Of a stretch of DNA of 15,877 bases, positions 6,979 through 15,877 are shown in pieces. Position 1 is the stretch's first letter. Each line of letters begins with the position of its first letter. The position numbers and the translations under genes are program-made. Below the pieces are notes generated by a model. It was not told the origin of the DNA, made no database searches, and was given only the letters and a program-made list of their open reading frames with translations. The DNA is from Thermodesulfobacteriota bacterium (GTDB lineage: Bacteria; Desulfobacterota_D; UBA1144; Nemesobacterales; N074bin48), in assembly GCA_041572575.1 (NCBI GenBank), contig JBFFSH010000061.1, positions 1 to 15,877 on the forward strand. The letters run 5' to 3'.

Positions 6979-8031
6979 TTAGTGAACAACCTTTTTAGTT
7001 TTATTATCAAGCGGGTAAGTTGCTGCAAGCTGACCACAGGCTCCAAGTATATCACTGCCCCGGCTTCTTCTGATTTTTACGTTGAGACCGTAAGAATTCA
7101 ATATTTTCTGAAACTCTAAAACTGTCTCAATCTGAGGAGTTTTGTACGTTATTGGTGCGGCTTCATTAAATGGAATTAGATTTATTTTACAGTTTATTCC
7201 TTTTAGAAGCTTTGCAAGTTCATGCGCATTTGCTGTGCTGTCATTTAGATCTTTAATTATAACGTATTCAAATGTCAGGAATTTTCTTCTAAGAATTGGA
7301 AACCGCTTACACTCCTTAAGAAGAGTACTAATAGGAAAACGTTTGTTTACAGGCATTATTTCGTCTCTTATCGCATTTGAGGGTGCATTTAGAGAAACTG
7401 AGAGATTTACACTCACTTTTTCACTAAGCTCTTTTATTTTATGTACAAGCCCGGAGGTTGATACTGTTATTCTTCTTGGAGAAAGACCAATAAAGTTGCT
7501 ATCAGTAAAAATATTTAGAGACTTTACCGTATTTTCAAGATTATCAAGCGGCTCACCCATTCCCATATATACAATGTTTGTTACACACCCATCATTTAGA
7601 GAGTTTACAGCCAGATACTGATCTACAATTTCTGAGCAGCTTAGGTTTCTAATTTTCCCCACCCTTGCCGTAAGACAGAATGTACATCCCATTGCACACC
7701 CTACCTGGGAGGAAATACACAGAGTATTTCTTTTTTTATCCGGGATTAAAACACTCTCTATCTTGTTTCCATCATTGAGCTCGAACAGATATTTTTTGGT
7801 ACCATCTACTGATTTTTGTTCACCTATAAGATTTAGAGTTGATCTGATTTCTGCAGATTCTTGCAGTTTATCCCTAAATGGCAGAGAAAGGTCGGTCATT
7901 TCAGAAAATGTTCTGGCATTTTTAGCAAAAATCCACGCACTTATCTGCTTTGCCCTGTATGGTTTTTCGCCCAGTTCATATATAAACGTCTCAAGCTCTT
8001 TTGGATCAAAGTCCTTAATATTTGCCTTCAT
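6979..8031 (-). CDS. rlmN: Dual-specificity RNA methyltransferase RlmN (radical SAM)
   Basis: CISSQVGCAMGCTFC, MGMGEPL and the C-terminal GACGQL. Confidence 0.96.
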   Translation of the reverse strand: MKANIKDFDPKELETFIYELGEKPYRAKQISAWIFAKNARTFSEMTDLSLPFRDKLQESAEIRSTLNLIGEQKSVDGTKKYLFELNDGNKIESVLIPDKKRNTLCISSQVGCAMGCTFCLTARVGKIRNLSCSEIVDQYLAVNSLNDGCVTNIVYMGMGEPLDNLENTVKSLNIFTDSNFIGLSPRRITVSTSGLVHKIKELSEKVSVNLSVSLNAPSNAIRDEIMPVNKRFPISTLLKECKRFPILRRKFLTFEYVIIKDLNDSTANAHELAKLLKGINCKINLIPFNEAAPITYKTPQIETVLEFQKILNSYGLNVKIRRSRGSDILGACGQLAATYPLDNKTKKVVH

Positions 8032-8170
8032 AATTTATGCGCATCAATAGTAAATATAATTTGGCTTAATATTAACAGCTAATAATAATTAAAACAAAAC
8101 TATAATTATAAGATTATTAAAAGATAAAGATATGGCAGGTTAAATGAAAGGAACAGGATATATTTTAAGA

Positions 8171-9583
8171 CTAAATGTTTATAACACCCTGTTCTACGGT
8201 AACAACTGAATAATTGCTATGCTTACCATTTGGGGGTGGTGTAACTTCTACATAATCTTTTACCGAGCTATAAACATTGGGTGAGAGCATAAGTTTCCAG
8301 TCAGATGAACACTCACAAATCTCTTTTGCAGGTTCGATTGCAAGACCAAGATTAGATGGAGTACCACTTTCCTTGGATACCGGAATAGAGCTTGAATACA
8401 CACCTATCCTGCAGCTTATCTGCTCATCGCCTTCCCTTACTTTATGTTTGTTTAGTTCAACTAACGTATGAAGAAGCTCTACCCCTGCAGATACGGCTCG
8501 GAGTTCAGGTTTTTCTAGATTTTCAGTAACATTAAATAGCGCAACAAGCTCGTCTCTTACCAGTGTTTCCACCATACCGCCATATTGTGACACTATAGCA
8601 GAAGCCGTTTTTCTGTAATCTGTCAGTAAAAGCGCTAGTTCGGAGGCGTCATATGTTCTTGTAAGATTCTCATAATCACTTATCTTTGATACAAGAGCTA
8701 TAACATTTTTACTGTTTGAATCCTTTATTATTTTTATCTGACTGCCTCTATTATGTAGATTAAATGATTTTGCAGGCTCCTCTATTATTGAATCTTCATC
8801 TATTATTGGGTCTTTGCGTATTATTGGATCACCATAAGATTGAGTCCCGGATGTTTCATTAGTTTGTAAATTTACAGGCTCAGTTGTTGCTTTACCATTG
8901 GTATGAGTTTTACCATTGCCATTTACTATTACCGAATTTATTACTGAAGAGTCTTTAGGTTCTTTGTAGACCATAGAACCACTGAGTGAATCAACCAATT
9001 CGTTGAAGCTGTCAAATACTTTTATCATATCCACATCATCTTTTAGGTCTGAGTCTATCTCGAGCTTTGCAGAATAATCTCCTTTTGAAACTTTTATCAG
9101 ATGTTCATTTAATTTACTAAGAGAATTTTTTTGAAATGGGTAGTATAACTTAAGAGCCATCAAGAATAGTCCAAGCACAAGAAGACTAATTATTGTCGTT
9201 GCTGCTACAGGTATTTCAAAAGGAAAACCCAGTACTGATTTATTTACACCAACAAAAATCTTATTTCCGTCTGAAACATTAACTATAATTTCTTTTGTGT
9301 TAAGGTTTTCTGAATTTCCAAAGCTTTGCTGCAGCACTCCATCACCATCAACAAGCTTTGCATAAATAACATCTTTATTAGTATTTAAAAGTTCTTTTGC
9401 CGCTGCGCTAAATTCTCTTTGCTCTGTAAACGCACCAGTAATTTGGGAAACCTGTTTATCATATATAACAGATTTAAAATAATAATAGTTAGCGACTGAT
9501 ACAAGTGATGCGACGACTATGGCCAACAATAAAAAAATTATAGTAAGGTTGTTACTATAATATCGGAGAGTCTGTAAATTCAT
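8171..9583 (-). CDS. Membrane protein: 2 TM + HAMP-like segment + degenerate class III nucleotide cyclase-like domain
   Basis: Two TM helices, HAMP-like LSKLNEHLIKVSKGDYS..FNELV, and cyclase-fold spacing (YGGMVETLVRDELVALF, RIGV). The start is probably ATG 9583 (GAGGTG SD upstream) rather than GTG 9592. Confidence 0.7.
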   Translation of the reverse strand: MNLQTLRYYSNNLTIIFLLLAIVVASLVSVANYYYFKSVIYDKQVSQITGAFTEQREFSAAAKELLNTNKDVIYAKLVDGDGVLQQSFGNSENLNTKEIIVNVSDGNKIFVGVNKSVLGFPFEIPVAATTIISLLVLGLFLMALKLYYPFQKNSLSKLNEHLIKVSKGDYSAKLEIDSDLKDDVDMIKVFDSFNELVDSLSGSMVYKEPKDSSVINSVIVNGNGKTHTNGKATTEPVNLQTNETSGTQSYGDPIIRKDPIIDEDSIIEEPAKSFNLHNRGSQIKIIKDSNSKNVIALVSKISDYENLTRTYDASELALLLTDYRKTASAIVSQYGGMVETLVRDELVALFNVTENLEKPELRAVSAGVELLHTLVELNKHKVREGDEQISCRIGVYSSSIPVSKESGTPSNLGLAIEPAKEICECSSDWKLMLSPNVYSSVKDYVEVTPPPNGKHSNYSVVTVEQGVINI

Positions 9584-9754
9584 TTGTTCCACCTCTACAA
9601 TATTATTATATTGTATTTACTGCTTCCGGTTAATTAAACACCTGTGCTTTTGCCAGTTTACACATGGTGCATGTTCCAATTCCAAATCTTAATAAAGCTG
9701 GTTGTTTAAGAGCTAATGTTAATTATAACAGATATCAATAATAATTTGAAGTCT

Positions 9755-10015
9755 TTAATTTGCTGCAGGGGCAATATTGATTCTTGTTCTTTTTCCCGAA
9801 TATTTCTGAAAACTTACTACTCCATCGGTAAGAGCAAATAATGTGTGGTCCCTTCCAATACCAACATTTTCACCAGGATGAATTTTAGTTCCCCTCTGAC
9901 GAACAATAATGTTGCCGGCTATAACCTGCTCACCACCAAACTTTTTTATTCCAAGTCTTCTTCCAGCACTGTCTCTTCCGTTTTTAGAGCTTCCGCCGCC
10001 TTTTTTTGTTGACAT
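9755..10015 (-). CDS. rpmA: 50S ribosomal protein L27
   Basis: [35 protein letters not shown]. Confidence 0.99.
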   Translation of the reverse strand: MSTKKGGGSSKNGRDSAGRRLGIKKFGGEQVIAGNIIVRQRGTKIHPGENVGIGRDHTLFALTDGVVSFQKYSGKRTRINIAPAAN

Positions 10016-10024
10016 ATCTGCCTC

Positions 10025-10339
10025 CTAAGCCTGAATATTCGTAATTTCAACAGATGAATATTTCTGCCTGTGACCTTGTTTCTTCTTAAATCCCTTACGT
10101 CTTCTAAATTTAAATACTATTAATTTTTTGCCTTTCTTGGTACCAAGCACCTTACCCGTCACCTTGGCACCCTGCACCGTAGGGCTTCCAACCTTAACAT
10201 CTGATGCGTCATCAGATACCAATAGTACATCATCAAATTCCACATTTGATCCATCTTCAGAATTTAGAAGTTCTACATCAATCACATCACCGGGCTTAAC
10301 AACATACTGTTTTCCGCCTGTTCTAATTACTGCCTGCAT
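10025..10339 (-). CDS. rplU: 50S ribosomal protein L21
   Basis: [24 protein letters not shown]; canonical rplU-rpmA pair. Confidence 0.99.
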   Translation of the reverse strand: MQAVIRTGGKQYVVKPGDVIDVELLNSEDGSNVEFDDVLLVSDDASDVKVGSPTVQGAKVTGKVLGTKKGKKLIVFKFRRRKGFKKKQGHRQKYSSVEITNIQA

Positions 10340-10440
10340 CTACTGGGTCCTCCAAATTGAATGAACATATAAAATAAACTGTGCAATATACCCTACTATC
10401 TCAAATATTTAAACATATTATTTATAATCTACTGAGAAAA

Positions 10441-10977
10441 TCAACTTAATTCATATACAAATAGATTTTGATACTCTGATCCAGAAGAGGTTAAGCTGCT
10501 TTTTACTACTGCTATCCTTTCTATTTCTGAGGCTTTTTGTTCGATTATTGGTAACGGAGGATTAATTTTACACCTTGATTTTACTCTTGCTATAGTAACA
10601 TGAGGGATAAACTCTCTTGCTTCCCTTTCAAACCCAATAGTGGCTAATCCCTTATCAATAGAGCTTTGCAGATCGGTTATCTGCTGAGATTTATCAAACC
10701 CCACATATAATATTTTTAGTCTCGATAGACCCGGAAAAGCTCCAAAATGAGAAACTGTCATGTTTATCCGGCAAATATTGGAAACTGATTCAGAAATCAC
10801 ATCATTAACTGCTGAGAGTTGGTTATCATCAATATTGCCAAGAAATTTAAGGGTTATGTGCAATTTCTCCGGTTTTTCCCATTTTACACCAGAGACTCTA
10901 TTCGAAATAGAATCTATGTAGTCTTCAATATGTTCTATTGTTTCATCCGGCAGCTTTGCCGCTATAAAAATTCTCAA
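10441..10977 (-). CDS. thpR: RNA 2',3'-cyclic phosphodiesterase (2H family, LigT/ThpR)
   Basis: MRIFIA N-terminus and two HxT motifs (LHITLKFLG, PHVTIAR); TTG start. Confidence 0.92.
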   Translation of the reverse strand: MRIFIAAKLPDETIEHIEDYIDSISNRVSGVKWEKPEKLHITLKFLGNIDDNQLSAVNDVISESVSNICRINMTVSHFGAFPGLSRLKILYVGFDKSQQITDLQSSIDKGLATIGFEREAREFIPHVTIARVKSRCKINPPLPIIEQKASEIERIAVVKSSLTSSGSEYQNLFVYELS

Positions 10978-11016
10978 GATATTATTTTATTAGCCAGTGC
11001 ATAAATCCAACAGCGA

Positions 11017-12273
11017 CTATCCGCACCAGGTTGGAAACATCTTTGGTGCGCCCTTACTAAGTCTTACCGGATTTTGGCCGTTGTGAAACATTAAATAAAT
11101 ATTGTTTGAGCCTGCTCTGTTGGAAACAAAAGAGATGTAATGACCATCCGGAGTCCAGGATGGGTTTTCATTTCTTCCCGATGCCCAGGTTAGACGCTGT
11201 TCCCCTGATCCATCAGAATTTGTGGTAAATATATTAACCCCTCCCCCTTTTTCTACTTTTACGTAAGCAATTTTGTTAATTTTCGGGTTTGGAGACCATG
11301 AAGGATCCGTATTGTAGCCGCTCTTTGTAAGCCTTTTCACATTTTTCCCTGAGGCACTCATGATATATATATTGGGCGATCCTGCCCTGTCTGATACGAA
11401 TGCAATCCTTGAACCGTCGGGAGACCATGTAGGTGAAACATCAATTGCTCTGCCTCTTGTAAGTTTTCGCACACCTGTTCCATTTGCATTTGCTATAGCA
11501 ATATCTCCATCGAGACTAAAAACAATTTTGCTGCCATCGGGTGACCATTCCGCGCTTTGATCGAGCTTATATGGTTTTGATATTCTTTTTTCTTTAAACC
11601 TCGGATAAAGATCGATAACATATAAATCCTGATCCCAGACTTTATCGGAATTAAAAACTACTTTTGATCCGTCCTTCGAACAGCTTGGGGAGAGAACAAG
11701 AGAATTGTGGCTTGTAAGCTTTCTTATGTTTTCACCATTATAGTCCATCAGGTAAAGATCTCTTTTTCTTTTAGAACCTGAAACATAAACTACTTTTGAT
11801 GTAAAGAAACCGTCTATTCCCGTAAGTTCCTTTAACACGTGGTTAGCAAACCTGTGTGCAGCTTCTGAAACTCTGCGGGGGCTTACTTCATAGGACCTCC
11901 CAACCAGAGGCTGCTCATCCTTTAAATCAAACAGCCTTATGGCAATCTCGATATTAGTGCCTGTTACCTTGTAGTCACCTTTAATAAGCGCATCAGCGCC
12001 GGCATCAAAATAGGCCTGATAATTCACAGCACTGCCGGGCGACATAGGAGCCTGTACAATAGCAAATAGACCTGAGTTTTTAAGGTCCTGTTTGAGTACT
12101 TCTACAAACTCTCTTGCGTTTTGATTTACCTGCCCCAGAGCATTCAAATCAGCAATGGCTATAGGAATGGGTTGTATGGTTGGAGTATTGATATCAATCT
12201 CAATTTTTGAAAAAGAATTCAATGCACTGCATAGAAAGAGGAATAAAGTTAATATTAATGTTCTTTGATACAT
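11017..12273 (-). CDS. tolB: Tol-Pal beta-propeller protein TolB
   Basis: Signal peptide, TolB_N (PIPIAI..DLKNSGLF..AHRFAN..LTGIDGFF) and repeated PD40 motifs (PTWSPDG, PSWTPDG). Confidence 0.9.
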   Translation of the reverse strand: MYQRTLILTLFLFLCSALNSFSKIEIDINTPTIQPIPIAIADLNALGQVNQNAREFVEVLKQDLKNSGLFAIVQAPMSPGSAVNYQAYFDAGADALIKGDYKVTGTNIEIAIRLFDLKDEQPLVGRSYEVSPRRVSEAAHRFANHVLKELTGIDGFFTSKVVYVSGSKRKRDLYLMDYNGENIRKLTSHNSLVLSPSCSKDGSKVVFNSDKVWDQDLYVIDLYPRFKEKRISKPYKLDQSAEWSPDGSKIVFSLDGDIAIANANGTGVRKLTRGRAIDVSPTWSPDGSRIAFVSDRAGSPNIYIMSASGKNVKRLTKSGYNTDPSWSPNPKINKIAYVKVEKGGGVNIFTTNSDGSGEQRLTWASGRNENPSWTPDGHYISFVSNRAGSNNIYLMFHNGQNPVRLSKGAPKMFPTWCG

Positions 12274-12346
12274 ATACGGTGTCTCCTATAATTACTTAAT
12301 AAGTATATAAGAAATATAAATCAAATAATCAAATAAAGGTTACAAA

Positions 12347-12943
12347 CTATTCAGAAAGCTCAACATTCCAGTAAGAAGCGTCCACAAAACTAAGGAAAGG
12401 TTTCCACTCTTCGTATCTTACCGATCTAACATAAAAATTAGAAAATGGATCCCAGTTTGGCTTCTTTGGTCTGTTTATCAGTTTCATGTTTGCTTGTACA
12501 GGTGTCCTGCCGCCTTTTTTTCTGTTACACCTGGAACAGGCACATACCACATTTTCCCAGATACTCTTTCCACCATGGGAGCGTGGAACAACATGGTCAA
12601 TAGTGAATTCCGATTTGGGAAAGTTTTTGCCGCAATACTGACACTTTCCACCATCCCTTCTGAATATGTTAAGCCTATTAAACTTTGTTTCGTTCCTTGG
12701 CATTTTGTCATAGCGCAGCACCATGATAACCCTTGGGGCTTTAATAACCCTGCTTACAGTCCTAATGGAATCTTCATCCTTAAGAGCTGCAATCTCGGAC
12801 CATGATTCGAAATCAAAGGTCTCGTAGTTACCCGCAACTGCCTTTGCAACTCCTCCGTAGAGCATTATGAATGCCCTTTTTAGGCTTGTTACCGTGATGG
12901 GAACAAAATATCTGTTTAATACCAGTACAGGACTTGCTAACAT
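12347..12943 (-). CDS. HNH endonuclease (McrA-like)
   Basis: VLVLN N-terminus, NIFRRDGGKCQYCG, TIDHVVPRSHGG and WENVVCACSRCNRKKG. Confidence 0.9.
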   Translation of the reverse strand: MLASPVLVLNRYFVPITVTSLKRAFIMLYGGVAKAVAGNYETFDFESWSEIAALKDEDSIRTVSRVIKAPRVIMVLRYDKMPRNETKFNRLNIFRRDGGKCQYCGKNFPKSEFTIDHVVPRSHGGKSIWENVVCACSRCNRKKGGRTPVQANMKLINRPKKPNWDPFSNFYVRSVRYEEWKPFLSFVDASYWNVELSE

Positions 12944-13063
12944 ATTAACCTATGAGATTACCTTTTTTTGATTACAGCATCAAGAAACATCAATTTACTA
13001 TAATTATTTAGCTTATATAAAACATTCAGTTAAATTTATGTGATAACTTTTAAGGAGAAGTAA

Positions 13064-13216
13064 ATGAATGATATATTTTCGGTGTTCATGGTTCAGGCTC
13101 TGCTGTGGATTGTGTTATTATTTTTCTTGTTCAGACTCATTAAAACAAACGATAAACTTAAAAAAGAAATTGATCTTCTAACTGAAAAACTAGAAATAGA
13201 AAATAAAGAGGGATAA
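13064..13216 (+). CDS. 50-aa single-TM + coiled-coil protein, CcmD-like (not in ORF track)
   Basis: TAAGGAG SD; MNDIFSVFMVQALLWIVLLFFLFRLIKTNDKLKKEIDLLTEKLEIENKEG*. Its stop codon directly abuts the lgt ATG. Confidence 0.8.
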   Translation: MNDIFSVFMVQALLWIVLLFFLFRLIKTNDKLKKEIDLLTEKLEIENKEG

Positions 13217-13984
13217 ATGTATCCAGAACTTCTAAGAATAGGAAACTTTGTAATATCATCTTTTGGACTCATGGTAGCGATCGCGTTTCTGGTTGGCTAC
13301 TGGATCACTTCACTCGAATTCAAGAGAAAGAATATGGACCAAAACCTTTTGGGAAATCTGCTTTTGGTATCGATGATAGGAGGTATTGGCGGGGCAAAAA
13401 TAATGTATTTATTTGAAAATGTGCCCTTCTCAGAGCTTATGAGCAATCCCCTGACACACCTTTTTTCCCGCGGCGGTCTCACTTTTTATGGTGGTTTTAT
13501 AGGCTCGGTTTTGATGATCTGGTTATTAACAGTTAAAAGCAAAGTGAGTTTTTTTAAGGTACTGGACACTTGCGCTCCGGCACTTGCAATCGGACATTCA
13601 ATTGGCAGGATTGGTTGTTTTCTTGTGGGAGACGACTATGGAATTAAATCAGATGTGCCATGGGCAGTAGCATTTCCCAAGGGTCTTCCTCCAACCACAG
13701 ACCCCGTTCACCCTACCCAGGTATATGAAGTCATTCTTTTAGGACTAGTATTCTTTGCTCTTTGGAAACTTAGAAAAAAGCACAGACCTGATGGGTGGAT
13801 TTTCTCCATGTTTCTTATATTAGCCGGAATAGAAAGGTTTTTAATTGAATTTATAAGGAGCACTACCCCAAGCCCGATAGACGGTCTTTCCGTAGCTCAG
13901 CTTATGGCAGTAGGACTTATAGCGCTTGGTATAATAAAAATAATTACATTAAAAAACAAACCTGCTTCTCAAAGTACCGCTTAA
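13217..13984 (+). CDS. lgt: Prolipoprotein diacylglyceryl transferase (divergent subtype)
   Basis: MYPEL..FGLM, GGLTFYGG, IGRIGCFLVGDDYG, HPTQVYE, RFLIEFIR; adjacent to lnt. Confidence 0.9.
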   Translation: MYPELLRIGNFVISSFGLMVAIAFLVGYWITSLEFKRKNMDQNLLGNLLLVSMIGGIGGAKIMYLFENVPFSELMSNPLTHLFSRGGLTFYGGFIGSVLMIWLLTVKSKVSFFKVLDTCAPALAIGHSIGRIGCFLVGDDYGIKSDVPWAVAFPKGLPPTTDPVHPTQVYEVILLGLVFFALWKLRKKHRPDGWIFSMFLILAGIERFLIEFIRSTTPSPIDGLSVAQLMAVGLIALGIIKIITLKNKPASQSTA

Positions 13985-14015
13985 GATCATAACAAAGTGA
14001 GATCAGACCCCCAAT

Positions 14016-15566
14016 ATGCGCGATCTTAATAAAAAGCAGACAATACTTTCAATAATCTCAGCTGTTATTATAGCGCTTACTTTTATAGTTGATCTTGCCT
14101 GGCCACTTGCGTTTATTTCATTCATACCGCTTTTTATCTGTATAGAGAATGAAACACCAAAAAAAGCATTAAAGATCGGCACACTAACAGGAACGATTGC
14201 TTATTTTATTACCACCTACTGGCTTATTGGTACAATTACAAATTTTGGCGGTTTTCCATTTATATTAGGTATTTTATTTCATCTTATTATAAGTGTCTAC
14301 TCCGGGCTTATGTTTGGTCTATTCTGTCTCTTTATTAGTTCAGAACTGCTAAAAAGATTCAAGTATGCAGCCACCATACTGATTGGAATCATCTGGGTTG
14401 CCACCGAATATTTTTATCCTCTGCTTTTCCCGTTCAGCATAGCTAGTCCGCTTGCAAACTTTCATCCCATCATACAGGTATCAGACCTCTTTGGAGTTGG
14501 GTTTTTGAGCCTTGTAGTAATAATTTTCAATCACTCCTTATATAAAATTTATAGAAATCAAAAGCTCAATGAAAAGTTTCCAGTCACAGAGCTGTCTGTT
14601 TCAATGGTCCTGGTACTTGCTGTATTAGTATATGGCTACCTAAAAATTGAATCTGTTACAAAGATAGTGGATGAATCGCCAAAATTAAGAGTAGGCATAG
14701 TTCAGGGAAACTTTGATTTTACAGAAAAAAAGCAGAACAACTATCTTGCTATGGTTAACAAGCACAAAGAGCTTTCATATGAATTATCAGATGCTCAGTT
14801 AATAATCTGGCCTGAAACTGCAATACAGATATTTATTCCTACCACATTTAAGTACCTGGCATACGAAGACACTCAGCTGATTCCTTTTATTAAAGACAAA
14901 TATTTTCTCACCGGCGGCCTGTCATTTGACCCACCTCCACCCGGAGGTGATATGGATAATGTAAATAAATACAACTCCGCATTTCTTACTGATGCCAGGG
15001 GGCAGATTCTTGGAAGGTTTAATAAAATCAAGCTTCTTTTGTTTGGCGAATACCTGCCGTTTTCAACTTATTTCCCGTCAATCAAAAAGCTAAGTCCCGC
15101 TACAGGTGATTATGTACCTGGAAGAGAATTGAATTTAATGATAATCGATAAGCTTGGAGTAAAGATTGCCCCGCTTATTTGCTATGAAGACATTATCCCG
15201 TCTTTTTCGAGACAATTTAAAGAGAAAGGAGCCAATATTCTCATTAATCTTACCAATGATGCATGGTTTGGAAAAACTATAGCAGCACACCAGCATTTGT
15301 TACTATCTGTTCCAAGAGCCGTTGAAAACAGGACTTATCTAATTAGAGCAACAAATACTGGAGTCAGTGCTATTATAGACCCTCTTGGCAAAGTTGTAAT
15401 AAAATCTGACATATTCGAAAGGCTAACCCTAACGGGTGAAGTGAGGTTAATGAATAATGAAAGCACTTTTTATGTGAAATACGGACATTATTTTTATATT
15501 ATCTGTTTTATTATTACACTAATTTATATATCGGTTCTAGGCTATAGGAAACGAGCTTTAAAATAA
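14016..15566 (+). CDS. lnt: Apolipoprotein N-acyltransferase
   Basis: N-terminal TM bundle, VQGN, the E-K-C triad (WPETA, NKIKLLLFGEY, ICYED), TNDAWFG and RATNTGVS. Confidence 0.96.
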   Translation: MRDLNKKQTILSIISAVIIALTFIVDLAWPLAFISFIPLFICIENETPKKALKIGTLTGTIAYFITTYWLIGTITNFGGFPFILGILFHLIISVYSGLMFGLFCLFISSELLKRFKYAATILIGIIWVATEYFYPLLFPFSIASPLANFHPIIQVSDLFGVGFLSLVVIIFNHSLYKIYRNQKLNEKFPVTELSVSMVLVLAVLVYGYLKIESVTKIVDESPKLRVGIVQGNFDFTEKKQNNYLAMVNKHKELSYELSDAQLIIWPETAIQIFIPTTFKYLAYEDTQLIPFIKDKYFLTGGLSFDPPPPGGDMDNVNKYNSAFLTDARGQILGRFNKIKLLLFGEYLPFSTYFPSIKKLSPATGDYVPGRELNLMIIDKLGVKIAPLICYEDIIPSFSRQFKEKGANILINLTNDAWFGKTIAAHQHLLLSVPRAVENRTYLIRATNTGVSAIIDPLGKVVIKSDIFERLTLTGEVRLMNNESTFYVKYGHYFYIICFIITLIYISVLGYRKRALK

Positions 15567-15739
15567 GATTACCTTACTTAATATCTTCTCAATCTTTTTA
15601 TTAATCCATAAAATAGTTGCTATTAATCGTACTATTCTGCCCTAATTTATAGATTTACTACCAATTGTCTTAAATAAGGTAGTATTTGGTTAATCTGGCA
15701 TAAATATTGCTTATTTAATATTACATACAAATTTTTATA

Positions 15740-15877
15740 GGAGCTCGCATAGAACAGAGCTATAAGTAATGCAGAATCTCCTTTATTTTATTAACTAAAT
15801 CTACATTTCTGTTATTAAATCTAAATTCCATCTCTTTTAGATACAAAACAAAGTGTTTTCTGTCAATTCCATTGTAT
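15740..15877 (-). mobile_element. Right end of an IS1595-family (IS1016-like) insertion sequence with probable terminal inverted repeat
   Basis: GGAGCTCGCATAGA begins at 15740, 20 bp past the transposase stop, and resembles the GGGGCT-starting ends of the IS1016 group. It is flanked by AT-rich TTTTTATA (possible 8-bp target duplication). Confidence 0.7.
15760..15876 (-). CDS. C-terminal part of an IS1595-family transposase (truncated by the window edge; not in ORF track)
   Basis: Manual translation gives ...YNGIDRKHFVLYLKEMEFRFNNRNVDLVNKIKEILHYL*, which carries the GI..xHF.LYLKE.E(F/W)RFN.R tail typical of IS1595/IS1016 transposases. Confidence 0.85.
   Translation of the reverse strand, partial: YNGIDRKHFVLYLKEMEFRFNNRNVDLVNKIKEILHYL

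Noticed and set aside
4467..8471. Short overlapping ORFs (4467-4688, 6373-6579, 7142-7621, 7763-8050, 7861-8082, 8277-8471)
   Set aside because: All lie within or antisense to alaS, rlmN or the cyclase-like gene and show no family features.
9596..9615. Palindrome TACAATAT-tatt-ATATTGTA just upstream of the pseudo-cyclase, sharing TACAATA with the RHH operator
   Set aside because: The half-sites are in the opposite arrangement to the RHH operator and almost all AT. It may be a local operator, but a link to the island RHH is unsupported.
12347..12943. HNH nuclease as a defence or RNA-guided (IscB/Cas9-like) effector
   Set aside because: No RuvC motifs and no adjacent array, ncRNA-sized gap or methylase. 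It matches the widespread stand-alone VLVLN-type HNH pattern in a core context.
10128..13482. Short overlapping ORFs (10128-10364, 10819-11004, 11360-11560, 12484-12711, 12494-12805, 13297-13482)
   Set aside because: Shadow or alternate-frame ORFs of rplU, thpR, tolB, the HNH gene and lgt.
1..15877. CRISPR array, integron attC array, rRNA or riboswitch
   Set aside because: No regularly spaced repeats or recognisable conserved RNA motifs were seen other than the tRNA, and the integrase lacks the IntI-specific insertion.

Overview
The window has two parts. Left (~1-3122) is the end of an AT-rich integrative island next to the 3' end of a tRNA-Asn(GTT) gene (3123-3198, - strand). It carries a ribbon-helix-helix (RHH) gene translationally coupled to an intact tyrosine integrase, and a convergent IPTL-CTERM surface-protein cargo gene. 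The tRNA flank has att-like architecture: two 11-bp direct repeats and a perfect IHF consensus. I also read a 57-bp relic of a second integrase C-terminus, a dif-like 28-bp site and a GC-rich structured patch. The far boundary of the island is not in the window. Right (3401-15566) is core chromosome: RpoH-family sigma factor, alaS, rlmN, a HAMP plus apparently inactive class III cyclase-like membrane protein, rpmA, rplU, thpR, a stand-alone tolB, an HNH nuclease, a 50-aa CcmD-like ORF missing from the ORF track, a divergent lgt, and lnt. The window ends in the 3' end of an IS1595-family transposase with a probable terminal inverted repeat, also not in the ORF track. Gene content suggests a diderm of the Desulfobacterota/Dadabacteria-like group (inference only). 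All calls come from motif reading; no database searches were run.
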